64,000 nucleotides of DNA, taken from Heteronotia binoei. Lineage: Eukaryota. Shown here piece by piece: positions 21,688 to 35,500 of the stretch (position 1 is its first letter; each line of letters opens with the position of its first letter). Below the pieces are notes generated by a model. It did no database searches. It was not told the DNA's origin and was given only the letters and a program-made list of their open reading frames with translations. The stretch covers positions 34,844,001 through 34,908,000 of the forward strand of contig NC_083240.1 in NCBI RefSeq assembly GCF_032191835.1, given 5' to 3'. The translations under genes and the position numbers were made by a program.

Positions 21688-24195
21688 ATGGACTTGCGCC
21701 GTGTTGTCGCCTCCCAGGAGCGAGGCTGGTATCTGCAGCTGATGGCGCCCAACGTCAAGGGGCCCGGTTATGCCTGGCTGGACCCCTCCCGTCTCTACTG
21801 CCACCCTCAAGTAAGGACTGGGAGCGGGGAGGGAGAGTCACAGTGCAAGGGGGTGGGCTGCTGGGTGGGAGCCGCTCTAGAGTGAGCCGGAGAGCCCCCT
21901 GCAGAAAGAGAAGCATTCCTCCTCTCCAGAAAAACAAGGAAGGACTAGGTTGATAGGTTGGGCCCCTTTGAGTGCTACAGCTGGCAGGGTGCCTTGAGGG
22001 CTTGCCCAGGGCAGGCCCTGCCACGGAACAAACTAGGCGATCGTCTAGGGTGCCGAATTGGCTGCCCCCATGTGACTTGGTGATGTAATCAGTGCGAGGG
22101 GGGCGGGGCGCCAGAAGTTTGCCTTGCCTAGGGTGCCGGACAGTCTAGGGCCAGCCCTATGTTTGTCTCTTGGGTGTCGCTGCACAAGGGGAATTCTGCC
22201 CCCCGGTTGGTTTCGTCCCTGAGTGGCAAAGGTGGGTATGAAAGGGAAGAGTCCCGGTTTTCTGTTGCATAGCGGGCTCAGGCGGTCTAGCAAATAGGAG
22301 GGCCGCTGCCAACCTTTCGACTGGCCCTCTGAGCTGCAGGGGATTGTTTTAATGTTTGCAGGGCAGGCGGCTGTCAAAAGCCAAAGAGCGACGAAGGTTA
22401 TTTGTCCTTGTTGGTTGACTCTCCCGCCAGCGAGTTTCTTTCATTTGAATTTGGATGCTTCTTGAACCCCTCCCCCGCTCCTTCCCCCAATTTTACCAGG
22501 CGTTGCAAGACTGCATTGAGGACTTGGTGCAGCCGTTTCAGGATGAGGCCATTGACTTGGTTGCTGGGATTGATGCGATGGGCTTCATTTTAGGTAAGCT
22601 TCATAGGGTCACCTAGTCCAACCCCGGTCCCTCTGTTCCACATGGTGGGGCTTAAAACTCAAGGCAGAGCTCAATCAGGGAGCAGGTGTTGTCAGGCAGA
22701 TGCCTCTGAACATATTCAGAGTGCATTTTTTCTTAGGGGCGATTCCCCACTACCACCTGCTTAGCATTCTTAGGACTGTGAAGGACTCTGTCCCGGGGCA
22801 AGTCTTCCAAGCAGAATGGAACCCGACTCTTGCCCTCCAATCAGAGATGTCAGCTTCTTTGGAGGCCCTACTTTTGTGCCATTCTTAGCAATCAGAAAGG
22901 TGGTTCCCATCCCTGAAAAGGCTTCATTGGAATCAGAGCAACAGCTCAGTCTGCAGACAGCTCTGGGGCAGGGCCGGAGGAATCCTGCTAGGTCCTTTTG
23001 CCGGGGTCGTCGGGTGCTAGAGATGTGAAGGTGTGACTCTCCATGATCTTATCCACTCACGCTTCGACATAGGAGATGATACTGGATTTATATTCCGCCC
23101 TCCACTTTGAATCTCGGAGCAGCCTACAATCTCCTTTACCTTCCTCCCGCACAACAGACACCCTGTGAGGTAGGTGGGGCTGAGAGGGCTCTCACAGCAG
23201 CTGCCCTTTCAAGGACAACTGTGCAAGAGCTATGACTGATCCAAGGCCATTCCAGCAGCTGCGAGTGGAGAAGACTGCAGCCCTTCTCTCTGAATCAGAG
23301 GCTTACAATCTCCTGTATCTTCTCCCCACACAACAGACACCCTGTGAGGTGGGTGGGCTGAGAGGGCTCTCACAAGGACAACTGTGTGAGAGTTATGACT
23401 GACCCAAGGCCATTCCAGCAGCTGCAAGTGGAGGAGTGGGGAATCAAACCTGGTTCTCCCAGATAAGCATCCGCACACTTAATCACTATACCAAACTGGT
23501 TGCTCTCCCCTCAGGTGCTGCCATTGCCAGCTTCCTCCAGAAGGGGTTTGTGGCCATCCGCAAAGCCGGGCACCTGTGCGTGGAGACCATCACTCAGCCT
23601 TACAGGGATTATTCTGCCCGTGACAAGCTGATGGAGATGCGGATGGATGTCATCGTGCCAGGTGAGCCACTGCCATCGCAGCCACGCACCGGAACCACAG
23701 GGATGGGACAAAGCGCCTACTTGCCCGATCCACCACCCTAAATGCATGGATAGCCCCTGTGCACCCCCTGGATTTACTGATCTGGCCCACTTGAAACATG
23801 TGGAGGCAGGGAGGATGGAACAGCTGGTACGCTAACACAGCTTTGGCGGTGTCTTCTTCTGCCAGGCCTCCGAGTCTTGCTGGTGGACCAGTGGGTGGAG
23901 ACTGGGGGAACCATGCGGGCTGCTGTCCGGCTGGTAGAAGAACAAGGAGGCGTGGTGGCAGGTATGGAGAAGGGGGCATTTGGCCAGCGACACCCCCCCT
24001 CCCAGGCTAGTGCTGATTGCTGCCTCCGCTTCCTCCCCACCCCCGGCAGGAGTGGCTGCCATCTGCATCGAAGATAGCGAGGGAGGCTCTTGGCTCAAAG
24101 GGAACTACAAGTGGGCCCACTGCGTCCCCTCCCACCTGATGCCCCAGTTCAACGCCCACTACCTGGACTCTTTCCAAGCCTTTGAAGCCAGATGA
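21688..24195 (+). CDS. Adenine phosphoribosyltransferase-like type I PRTase, 201 aa, 5 coding exons
   Basis: Exons 21688-21810, 22500-22593, 23515-23661, 23866-23961 and 24050-24195, all GT-AG, total 606 nt in frame. APRT-like motifs LVAGIDAMGFILG, IRKAGHL and VLLVDQWVETGGT. AATAAA at 24289-24294. Confidence 0.88.
22012..22157. mobile_element. Short GGCCCTG-terminated MITE (family F)
   Basis: CAGGCCCTGCCACGGAACAAACTAGGCGATCG...CTAGGGCCAGCCCT. Second copy at about 31335-31503. Confidence 0.6.
23085..23497 (-). mobile_element. Two tandem Squam3-type SINEs, antisense in APRT-like intron 2
   Basis: Reverse-complement copies at about 23085-23272 and 23278-23497. Confidence 0.8.
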
Positions 24196-26517
24196 CACCT
24201 GCTGTAGCTGAAGGGGGGGGGCACACGCATCCCATCTCAAGTCGGCTGAGTTTATGTAGGAGCACATGGCGCAAGCATCCGGGCACTGAATAAACCCACA
24301 CCATGGAACCCACAAACTTAAAACTTCCAGACCTGACCCTAAGAGCACTCCTTGGTTTAACCTGTCATCCTCTCTTCTTCTGGATGGATATCCTGGAAGC
24401 CTACAAGCAGGAACAGAGGTCAAAGGGAATCCCCCACTGCTGCCTCACACTCCACCCTGGTGTTTTAGAGTTGCCAACCTCCAGGTGGTGGCTGGAGATC
24501 TCCTGGGCTGGACAACTGATCTCTAGGTGACAGTTCAGTTCACCTATTTAAAAATAGCCACTTTGGAAATTGGGGCCTATGGCGTTATACCCCACTGAGG
24601 TCCTCCCCTCACCCATTAAAAAAAACCCTGCCTCTCCATCTCCTCCTCCCATCTCATGATTTCCCAACCCGGCACTGGCAGCTCTAAGTTGACCTGCCTC
24701 CAGAGGTCCCCTTTAACTATTATGTCCAGGACTTTATTTGTAGCAGGAACTCCTTTGTATATTAGGCCACCCCCCCAATTTAGCCAGTCCTCCAGGAGCT
24801 TACAGGGCCTACTGTAAGCTCTTGGAGGATTGGCTACATCAAGGCTGTGTGGCCTAATATGCAAAGCAGCTCCTGCTAGAATTCCACCCCTGGACCCAAC
24901 CAATACTCCTTCTCCGCTGTAGAGCCTTGTGAGCAAAAATTCTACCTCGTGAGCTACTGGCGTTAAAAGTCGTAAGCCACTGCAGGCATTAGTTTGCTCT
25001 GGGGCCATTTTTCCTGAGCTGAGACAAAAATGTGCAAGACGGAGGCTTAAAAACTGTGAGCTAGCTCACACTAACTCAGCTTAGAGGGAACAGTGGCCCC
25101 AACCCTGCATTGCATGAAGGACTTTCCTAACTCCGCTGCCCCTCAACTTCATTGGGTGCCCGAGTTCTAATATTTTCTGGGGGTCAGAAAAAGTTCCCTG
25201 TATCCCCTTCCCCCCCCCCCCCCCCTTCTCCTTGCTGCCCAATGTCTTTTCAAGTTGATGGGATCTTCCAAGGTGTAGCTTTTCCCGCTCCCATAAAGAG
25301 AAGCAGCTAAAACAGCCTTCGACTAACCAGCCCTGGCAGAAATCAATAAACCAGAGTGAATCTTTGTTCTTGTGATTATTGCCACCATTAGGAATGTATA
25401 AAGTGCTGGAGGTGGTTTGATATTTGTTCTCTGATGTCGCCGGAATGGGAAGGTCAGAGGGCTGGAGATGCCGCGGGTCTCCTGTCGCTGCTGCCCTGGG
25501 TGGGGGAAGGAGCAAAGCCCCGACAGCATGGGCCACTCAGTGTTCTTTTGGGGGAGACGGCCAGAGCCAAGACCAGCAACCCCTCCTGGAGACCACAGCT
25601 GGAAAACTCTGGCCCAACCACACAGAGTCCCTGCGGCAGCTGACACGCTGGAGCCGATGGGAGCTCTTGGGATCCCTTGTCTTTGTGACCCAGCAGGTGG
25701 GATGTTCCTGTCCCTGGACCAGGCCCATCCTTTCAACCCGCCCCCCCTTCCAACTATATAGCCCCTCCATTGGAGGGTCCCAAATCTGTCCCCTTTGCTC
25801 ACCGCCACTCTGAACAAGTAGTAGCGTTGCTGCTGGTCTTTTCGCTTTTTTCTCTCCCCTTCCCTAACACACCTCGCAGAGGAAAGGGGGAGAAGAGTCA
25901 AGAGGTCTCTTGTCTCTCCGAGAGGGAGGGCACAGAAGAAAGGGGTGTGGGGAGCAGAGCTGCTGTGACTGCCCAGGCACAAAGGGAGGTCAGCTTGTGG
26001 GACTGAAGGCAGCTTACAAAGCCAAGACCCCTGGGCTGCCAAACTGGGTGGCCCTCCAGCCCTCCCGAACAACAAATCCTGCTGTGGGCCTCACCAAATA
26101 TGACATCCCGGCTATGGCCCCGCCCTGCACATCTGGAAGGCGAAGGCCTGAGACTGGGTCAAGAGCCGAGGTTACCAACGGGCAGGAATACAGGCCAAGG
26201 GGTCAGGCAGGCCGATTCTGGCAAAATCCCTAGCCTGCAAACAGGCACAGGCAGAAGCTGGTCAGGGCAGCGCTGCTGGAACCAGGGAAGGAGCAACATG
26301 CAACGAGGTCCGAAAGCGTTGGCTGTGGCCCAAGAGGAAAATGGAGGCCAGGAGGGGCGTCTCCTATAGGAGGGGGTCCCTCACTCGTCTCCAGGTCATA
26401 AGCCACAGAAATGCCCAGCTCGGGTGAGGGAGTGGGGGGAGTCGCTGTCCTTTGGTATCAAAACGAGTTCAGTGCGAAGACGAGGTGGGCAATGGGGCGG
26501 GGTCCAGGCGGGTGACA

Positions 26518-29500
26518 TCACTGGCAGCATTTGGCATGGCGTCTCTTCTCGGTCAGGTACAAGTCCCGTTCGTCGCTAGCAATCCCTGGAAGAGACGGTG
26601 CAAGGCATGATCTCAGCAATGCAGAATCCAATCCAAATCCTGTGATGCACATCCAGGCCTGTAGCTACAGTGGGGCCCAAGGGAGGCCCATCCTTTCAAA
26701 CCCCCCTTCCATTGGAGGGCCTCCAATCTGTCCTCTTTGGTCACCACCACTCTGAAGAAGTTGTAACATCGCTGCCGGTCTCTCTGTCGTGAGAGGGGCA
26801 CATAAGAAAGGGGTAGGGGGAGCGGAGCTGCTGTAACTACTCAGGTGAAGGGAGGTTGGCTTGTGGAACTCAAGGCAGCCTGCAGTACCAAGAGCATGTG
26901 GCCATCAAACCTGGCCCCTGGCCCCCACAAACAACAAATCTTGCAGTGGGCCTCACCAAACATGGGGAGGGACGGTGGCTCAGTGGTAGAGCATCTGCTT
27001 GGGAAGCAGAAGGTCCCAGGTTCAATCCCTGGCATCTCCAACTAAGAAGGGTCCAGGTAAGTAGGGGTGAAAAACTTCAGCTTGAGACCCTGGAGAGCCA
27101 CTGCCAGTCTGAGTAGACAATACTGACTTTGATGGACCCAGGGTCTGATTCAGTATAAGGCAGCTTCATATGTTCAAATCCTGGCTACCACCCTGTGCAC
27201 ATCCCTGTCTGCAAGGCCCTGCGTCTGGCCCAATTCTGCAAAGAACTGCTGACTAGGACCACTAGATGTCACTCATGTACCTTACAAGCATTAAATAACA
27301 ATTTATTCTTTACAAAAATCCAATCTCTGTCTTGTCTGGTTTGTGGTCAGAACCAAAATATTACAATGAACCAATGTGGGAAGAGAAAAGCACAATGAGA
27401 TACAGTCCCAAAATTTCAATAGTCTCCCAATAGGAGAGCCGGTTTGGTGTCGTGGTGAAGTGTGCGGACTCTTATCTGGGAGAACCGGGTTTGATTCCCC
27501 ACTCCTCCACTTGCACCTGCTGGAATGGCCTTGGGTCAGCCACAGCTCTGGCAGAGGTTGTCCTTGAAAGGGCAGCTGCTGAGAGAGCCCTCTCCAGCCC
27601 CACCCACCTCACAGGGTGTCTGTTGTGGGGGAGGAAGGGAAAGGAGATTGTGAGCCGCTCTGAGACCCTTTGGAGTGGAGGGCGGGATATAAATCCAATA
27701 TCTTCTTCATCTTCATCTTCTTCCCTCCAGTAGTATCACAATTTCTGATGTTCCACTTGACGTGCACACGTGAAGGGGAGTGGACTCATGCAGAATCTTG
27801 AAAATCCATAAGAAATTGTGATGCTACTGGAGTGAGACTGTTGAAACGTTGGGACTGTATCTCATCGTGCTTTTCTCTTCCCACATTGGATGATTGTAAT
27901 ATTTTGGTTCTGACCACAAAGCAAACAAGACAGACTGGATTTTTGTAAAGAATAAAATGTTATTTTAATGCTTTTAAGAAACATGAGTGGCATCCGGTGG
28001 TCATAGTCAGTGGTTCCTTTCTCTTTTTTTTGTGATTCTGCTTGCACACTGGCTTCCCCCTCTTTCTTACCAATTCTGCAAAGGGCGAAAGCAGCACAGG
28101 GGATGCCACTGGGTTTAGATTTCAGCATCCGGAGCAGGTCAACATTCATTTCGGGTTCTGTTTTTAAAGCAAGCGCCTCAGCCTCATAGCTGTAAAGCTG
28201 CACATGGAATGAGCAGTTGTGCAGCTCCCCGTTTTGACACAAAAACCACCATGCTCTTTTTCCTTCTCCCTTGCGCAAATCAAACTTGTCAGTATTTTAA
28301 TACTATTTTCTATTTCCTCAAGCCAGATTTTTTCCCTCTTAACTCTATACAGCTTTTAAAGTTATTTCCACCCACTGCATATAGCTGCTGTAAAAACGGC
28401 ATTAAAAAGAAGCCAACCGTTAAAAAACATCAGCGAGAACGGTCAAAAACAAAAGAAAACAGGCAAAATTTGTACTTGCATATGAGTGGGTGGGCAATTG
28501 CTGCTGCCACTGCAGGGGGCGGTGGAGACACTGGCCACAAGTTCCTACTGTTGGGCCTGTAGAGCCTCTCCCTCCCCAAACAACTGTCAGAACAGACCAA
28601 AGAATGCAAAACTATGCAAAATGCCAAGATGACGCTTGCTCAAAAGTCCACAGGGACCCCTGTGCTAGCTTCCGCAACCTGTATAATTTATACAAGGACC
28701 AAAATTGGGGGGCAGACCACAGACTACGCAAAGCCTGTCTTATGAGGTCAGATCGATGTCAGCTGCACACTGCCCCCAGGAGGCAAAAAGGTTCTAACCT
28801 CCGCCCCATGCGAGAGAACAGGGCACGATCTGGGGCTGGCTGTCCTCACGCAGCACGGCACTTACGCACAATGTCGCCAATCCGGCGAGCGCTACTCTTC
28901 TCCAGCTCTGCCAGGACGCTGCCCTCAAAGGTCTGCGCTGCCACTCGGAAGAAGAATTCCCGCACGTTCTCCCCTGTCAGGAAAGGGCAAGGAGGAGGAG
29001 AGAAATCATTTGCCCAAATACCACTAACATGTGAGTACAATGACCATGCAGGGCAATCTTAAAGAACGGCTTTTTTTGTAGCATGAACTCCTTTGCATCT
29101 TAGGCCACACCCCCTGATGCAGCCAATCCTCCAAGAGCTTACAGTAGGCCCTGTACTAAGAGCCCTGTCAGCTCTTGAAGGACTGGCTACATCAGGGGGT
29201 GTGGCCTAATAGGCAAAGGAGTTCCTGCTACAAAAAAAAGCCCTGCTAAAGCATTAGGGATGCTGTCAATCTGCCAGGGACTGATAACAGTTTCCTACAG
29301 CAGTAACTCAGCATTGGCCACAAAGCACTTCCCCCACCTTCAGCAGCCACATGTGGGTGGACATCTTGGGAAGAGGCAGGGATGGAATTCTAGCAGGAGC
29401 TCCTTTGCATAATAGGCTACACACCCCTGATGTAGCCAATCCTCCAAGAGCTTACAAAAAAGAGCCTTGTAAGCTCTTGGAGGATTGGCTACATCAGGGG

Positions 29501-32500
29501 TGTGTGGCCTAATATGCAAAGAAACTCCTGCTAGAATTCCACCCCTAGGAAGAGGTGACAAAGGGCAGGGGGGCAAGCAAAAGGGGATGTGCCCCAAGAT
29601 GGAGGAGCCCCATTGTCCTACCTGCCCCAGCCAGGATTTGGAAGTGCTCACCTGTGAGTGATGATACAGCCCAGTATTCTGCCTGCATCTCTTTTGCCAC
29701 CTTGAGGGCATCCCTCTCCATGAACCTGTACTGTGCAGGTGACTATAGGAAAGGAGAGAGGAAACAGGGAAATCAGCTGGGTGAGTTTGGCCAGCAAGGC
29801 GGTAATGATGCGCACCAAGAGAGGTTTGCAACCTGGAGCAAAGAGGGAGGAATCATGACAAGGTGCCCAGCCAGCCAGGGACAACCCTGAGATCCACATG
29901 GCGTTGCTTTATATTGGATCAGACCAGGGGTGGCCAGACTTGAAGGATTGGCTACATCAGGGTGTGTGGTCTAATATGCATAAGCACTCCATGAAATTGC
30001 CAAGCAGTCGGGTTAGAACGGATAAAAGGAAGTACTTCTTCACCCATAAGGGATTAACACATGGAATTCACTGCCACAGGAGGTGGTGGCGGCTGCAAGA
30101 ATAGACAGCTTCAAGAGAGGACTGGATCAACATATGGAGCAGAGGTCCATCAGTGGCTATTAGCCACAGCGTATTGTTGGAACTCTCTGTCTGGGACAAG
30201 TGATGCTCTGTATTCTTGGTGCTTGGGAGGGGCAACAGTATGAGGATTCCAGTGTCCTAGCCCCACTGATGGACCTCCTGATGGCACCTGGGTTTTTGGC
30301 TACTGTGTGACACAGAGTGCTGGACTGGATGGGCCATTGGCCTGATCTAACATGGCTTCTCTTATGCCACACAGAATAAACATCAGANNNNNNNNNNNNN
30401 NNNNNNNNNNNNNNNNNNNNNNNNNNNNNNNNNNNNNNNNNNNNNNNNNNNNNNNNNNNNNNNNNNNNNNNNNNNNNNNNNNNNNNNNNNNNNNNNNNNN
30501 NNNNNNNNNNNNNNNNNNNNNNNNNNNNNNNNNNNNNNNNNNNNNNNNAACTTTAACTTTAAAATGCATTCTCCAAGCTGCCAGCTGGCTTGGCTTGGAG
30601 GAGTGATTGAAAGAGACAAATGCCTTCTCCAAGCTGGCCGATGGGGCAGTGGGGGCTTCGAGAGCCTCACAATATGTGTGAAGGAGCCACATGTGGCTCC
30701 TGAGCTGCAGTTTGGCCACCCCTGGATCAGACCCCAGGTCCATGAAGGTCAGTATTGTCTATTCGGACTGGCAGAGGCTTTCCAGGGTTTCAGGTGGAGG
30801 TCTTTCCCATCCCCCACCGCCTGATCCTTTTAGCTGGAGATTCCAAGGACTGAACCTGCGACCTTCTCCATGCCAAGCAGAGGCTCTACCCTTGAGCCAC
30901 AGAATCAATGAACAATTCTACTCTTGCTTAGGACAAAGGAGAGCTCCCGGTATACTGGGGTTGCAGCTGGAGGGGACCGCGCCCATCCTCTTTGCCTCCT
31001 CCCCTCTTACACTGAGATCCTTCTTGGTGCCCACTAAGAAGAGGATGGCGCTGGAAGGGTCGTTCTCTTTCAAGGCATCGGTCAGCCACTGCCTGCAAGG
31101 GAGAAGCAGGAGAGACAAGCATGTTTCCAAGCTGGATTTTAAGTTCTCTTTCTAAATAAATAACCAAAGTGGTGCAGGGGTGAGGGAAGGAAGAACTTTA
31201 GCCATGTTTCATCCTGACCTGGATCGCCCAGGCAAGCCTGATCTCGTTAGATCTCAGAAACTAAGCAGGGCCAACTCTGGCAAGTACTTGGATGAGGGAC
31301 TTCCAAAGGAATACCAGGGCTGGGACACGGAGGCAGGACGGCCCTGTCACTAGGCAAACTAGGTGATCGCCTAGGGTGCTGGTCTGCTGGGGGCACTGAT
31401 TTGGGCGCCTCCCATGTGACTCGGTGACATTATTAGTGCGGCGGGGGGGGGGGGTACCAGAAGTGAGCTTTGCCTAGGGTGCCAGAGAGTCTAGGGCTGG
31501 CCTTGCATGGAGGCAGGCGATGCAAGTCACCTCTCTGAAAGTCCAGGCCCTCAGTTGGGGTCGCCAGACGTCAGCCGTGACTTCCAAGGGCATGCGCATG
31601 TACGCACACAAGTTAGCCATGTCTCAAAAGACAATAAAATGTTTTACAGCCTTTAATATTATAATAACAAAAGGCTGGAAGTTTGGCTGGATCTTCCTCA
31701 TCCTCTAATACGGATTTGTTTGTATTAACTTTCAGAGTACGGAGACAATCCTAACCAGTGTTGAGAGAGAACACGGACTACAATTTACTTGGGGAAAATT
31801 ATTTGCTACCTCTGAACTGGCATTCCAAATAAATAAATTTCCCCGGCGTGGGAGTGGAACAGAAGGCTCTAAAATCCAGCCAAGCTGTAAAGTAACCATT
31901 CACATTTATATTGACTTTTGGAAAAGAAGAGAAACAAGTCCAAGCCTATAACAATAAGCCTGCCCCTCCTCCCCCCCCCAACGCATTTTCCACCATAACA
32001 AGATCTTACTCAGTGCTCCACATCCCCCAGGAGGTCACGCACCTGGTGTGGTCGAGAGATGTCACATCGTTCACGTCAAATACAAGAATGATGGCTGCAG
32101 AAACAGATATTGGGTGGGGGGGACATCACAGGTGAGTGACATATTTCCAGATACGTTGTACTCTGTCCCTAGCCCATAGATAACATGGGATGGGGGTGGG
32201 ACAGGGTGATATTCATTCACATTCAAAATTGTCACACCCAACCAATTTACCAGAAAACCCCCGAATTCATGTGAGAGGTACCAGAATGTGACAACCTATA
32301 CTTTTGAGAGAGCCAGTTTGGCATAGTGGTTAGGTGTGCAGATTCTTTATCTGTGAGAACTGATCCCTCACTCCTCCATCTGCAGCTGCTGGAAGAGCCT
32401 TGGGTTAGCCATAGCTCTCACAAGAGTTGTCCTTGAAAGGGCAGCTACTGTGAGAGCCCTCTCAGCCCCACCCATCTCACAGGGTGTCTGTTGTGGGGGC

Positions 32501-35500
32501 GGGGAGAGGTAAAGGAGATTGTGAGCTGCTCTGAGACTCTGAATTCAGAGTGAAGGGCGGGGTATAAATCCAATATCATCATCATCTCCTCCTCCTCACA
32601 AGAAGCAATGAGAACACAGATAGGGCCTCTGTCACTTTTAAAAGCTCAATATTCACTGGCCCATGGAACAGCAACTGGCTGAAAAGAGCCATGGGAAAAA
32701 AGGGAGCAAAAAGATCACTGTCCCACTACTGTTGTTGCGTGCATATCCTGTGGTAAAAATGGGATCTACACACTCCCCTGTCTTAGCAGGTAAGAAATTC
32801 ACACAGCGGGCCAAAGTTCAAAGTTAATCGCCTCAGGGAGTATACTTGACGCCTCGGGGCGTTTTCGCACTTACCTTAAGCCGGAGCGACGTCCCTCTTC
32901 ACCGCGCAGCGTTTGCACGGTTTTCGCACTAATTGCTCCGGAGCACCTGGAAGAGCCGCAAAGTCCCTCGGCTTTAGCGTCGCAAATGTAAACCGCTGGG
33001 TTTACATTTGCGACACAAAAGCCGCGGGACTTTGCGGCTCTTCCAGGTGCTCCGGAGCAATTAGTGCGAAAACCGTGCAGACGCTGCGCGGTGAAGAGGG
33101 ACGTCGCTCCGGCTTAAGGTAAGTGCGAAAACACCCTCAGTCTCCATCCAACCTTTTTTCCTGTTGTCACCACTAGAGGTCAGAAAGGAATGGCTAAGTC
33201 CTCTAGGAATGCCCTTGGGTGCCACAATGCAACACCCATACCTTTCTTGGCAAGTGTTTTTAGAAAATGGGCAGAGCCAGATGGGGCTTTTGCCCTGCAG
33301 AGCTTCTGACTGGCCCTCGGAGATCTGATTGGCTGCACAGATTTATAAAATATCACTTCAGCAAGTGCACCAGGGATCTTCACTGTGTGACTGAGCACTG
33401 ACTGTAATTTGCTTGGGGGGGAAATTATTTGCTACCTCTGAATTGGCATTCCTAATAAATGAATCTCCCCAGTGAGGGAGCGTGCAGAGGTGGGGAGGGG
33501 AATAAAGGGCTCTACAATCCAGCCAAGCTGTAAAGTATTCAATGAAGCTGCCTTATGGTGAACTGGACTACTGGTCCACCGAAGTCAGTACCAACTGCTC
33601 AGACTGGCATCAGCTCTCTGGGGTCTCAGCTAGATTTATCACATCACCAACTGCTAGATCCTTTAATTGGATACACAGGGATTGAGCCTGGAACCTTCTG
33701 CATGCCAAACAGATGCTCTGGGGCTCATCCATGGCCCCTCCCCAAGCATGTGGCATGTCCAGACTTCTCCCTGTTGTCCCTCTAGTCTTCCTCCTCCTCC
33801 TCTTCAACTTGCCAAGCAAAAGGAGCCCTCCGCCACCCTTTATCCTTACCCAGCAACCTCCTGTCTATTCAGAGCCATCGTCTAGGCAGAACTGGGAGGG
33901 GCTGTAGCTCAGGGATGGAGCATTTGCTTGGTTTGTGGAAGGTTCCAGGTTCACTCCCCACCATCCTCAATGAAGGATCAGGTGGCAAATGATGCAAAAG
34001 ACCTGAGATGCTGTAGAGCTGCTGCCAGTCTGAGTAGACAATATTGACTTTGACGGACCTGCTGAATGCTTTTTGCATAGTTGTGGGTCTGCTCTGCCCC
34101 TCCTGGAGGAGACAATCACCAGTACTCACTCCTTGGTGGTGTAGCAGTTAAGAGCGGCAGGCTCTAATCTGGAGAACCGGGTTGGCTTCCCCCTTCCTCC
34201 TCCACATGGAGCCTGCTGGGTGACCCTGGGCCAGTCACGGTTCTCTCAGAACTCTCTCAGGCCCCACCTACTTCACAAGGTGACTGTGTTGGGAGAGGAA
34301 GGGAAGGCAATTGTAAGTCCCTTTGAGACTTCTTTGGCTAGAGAAAAGCAGGATATAAAAACCAACTCTTCTTGTTCTTCTTTGGAAGACCCTTTTGCCC
34401 CCAATCCCAGCCAGCCATTTATCCCACGGTGAACATACAAACTATTTTTGCAGCCATTCGTCTGACCTGAGTGGCGGTTTAAGGAAATCTCTGAGCACCA
34501 GCAGGGTACTGGTTAAATACACACAAACAGATCTCTGTGCTAGCATCTCACCTTGTGCTCCTCGGTAGTAGGTGGACGCAATGCACTTGAAGCGCTCCTG
34601 GCCGGCCGTATCCCACCTGGTGCGGGGTGAAGATGCAGCCAGTTAGCTCAAAGCCCCACGAGGGGCTGCAGCAATCAGGATGGCCACCCCATAGCAAGAA
34701 GCCCCCCAGGAGAGTTGCCCAAAGCGGGCAAAGGTTTTCAGACTCACAGCTGCAGGCTGAACGGAACCCCCAAGACCTCGAAGCGCTCCATCTCAAAGTC
34801 CACTCCAATGGTGGCTTTGTAGTTTTTGTCAAAGGTGTCTTTGCAAAATCTGGGGAGGCCGAGAGAGAAAATGAGACCCTGGACTCTGGCTTCTGCTCAC
34901 CCAATGCTTCAGGACTCCCTAAAGGAGCCATGCACCTGCTTCCCTGCCCCAGCCAAGTTTCTAGCTCATACGGCTATGAGGATGGGCAAGAAGTTAACAT
35001 TGTAGTTTGGTGTAGTGGTTAAGCGTGTGGACTCTTATCTGGGAGAATCGGGTTTGATTCCCCACTTCTCCACTCGCAGCTGCTGGAATGGCTTTGGGTC
35101 AGCCATAGCTCTGGCAGAGGTTGTCCTTGAAAGGGACAACCCCACCCACCCACCTCACAGGGTGTCTGTTGTGGGGGAGAAGATATAGGAGATTGTAAGC
35201 CGCTCTGAGACTCTGATTCAGGGAGAAGGGCGGGGTATAAACCTGCAATTCTTCTTCTTCAATTTTTGGATTTCTCAAAAACTGGCTTCTTATTCATGAG
35301 CTGTAGTTAGTCTCTTTTTTTTACACAGTGGTTTGTGTACGTTGTGTAGCAACAGATTGTTGTTGCCTTTAAAGGTCAGCCTGATGCATTTCAAAAAGCA
35401 ATTGTTTAAGGGGCATAGGAAGCCAGGCCAAAGAAAGTGAATGCTTCAGCCCTGCAAGCAAGGAAATTCAGGTCCGGTCTCGCCTCTCTGTTCTCTCGCA

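Noticed and set aside
25323-26075. 250-aa minus-strand ORF with similar peptides at 26613-26801 and 39616-39858
   Set aside because: The similarity comes from a dispersed repeat, and the frames and stops differ between copies.
26964-27040. tRNA-like A/B box sequences (many copies)
   Set aside because: SINE heads that continue into SINE bodies, with no intact cloverleaf.
30388-30548. Three N runs at the same position within family-B MITEs
   Set aside because: Assembly or masking artefact at the (CCTT)n-like MITE centre, not biology.
31201-31335. 5S rRNA gene
   Set aside because: Diverged, dispersed and joined to a retroposon tail, so a SINE3-like element.
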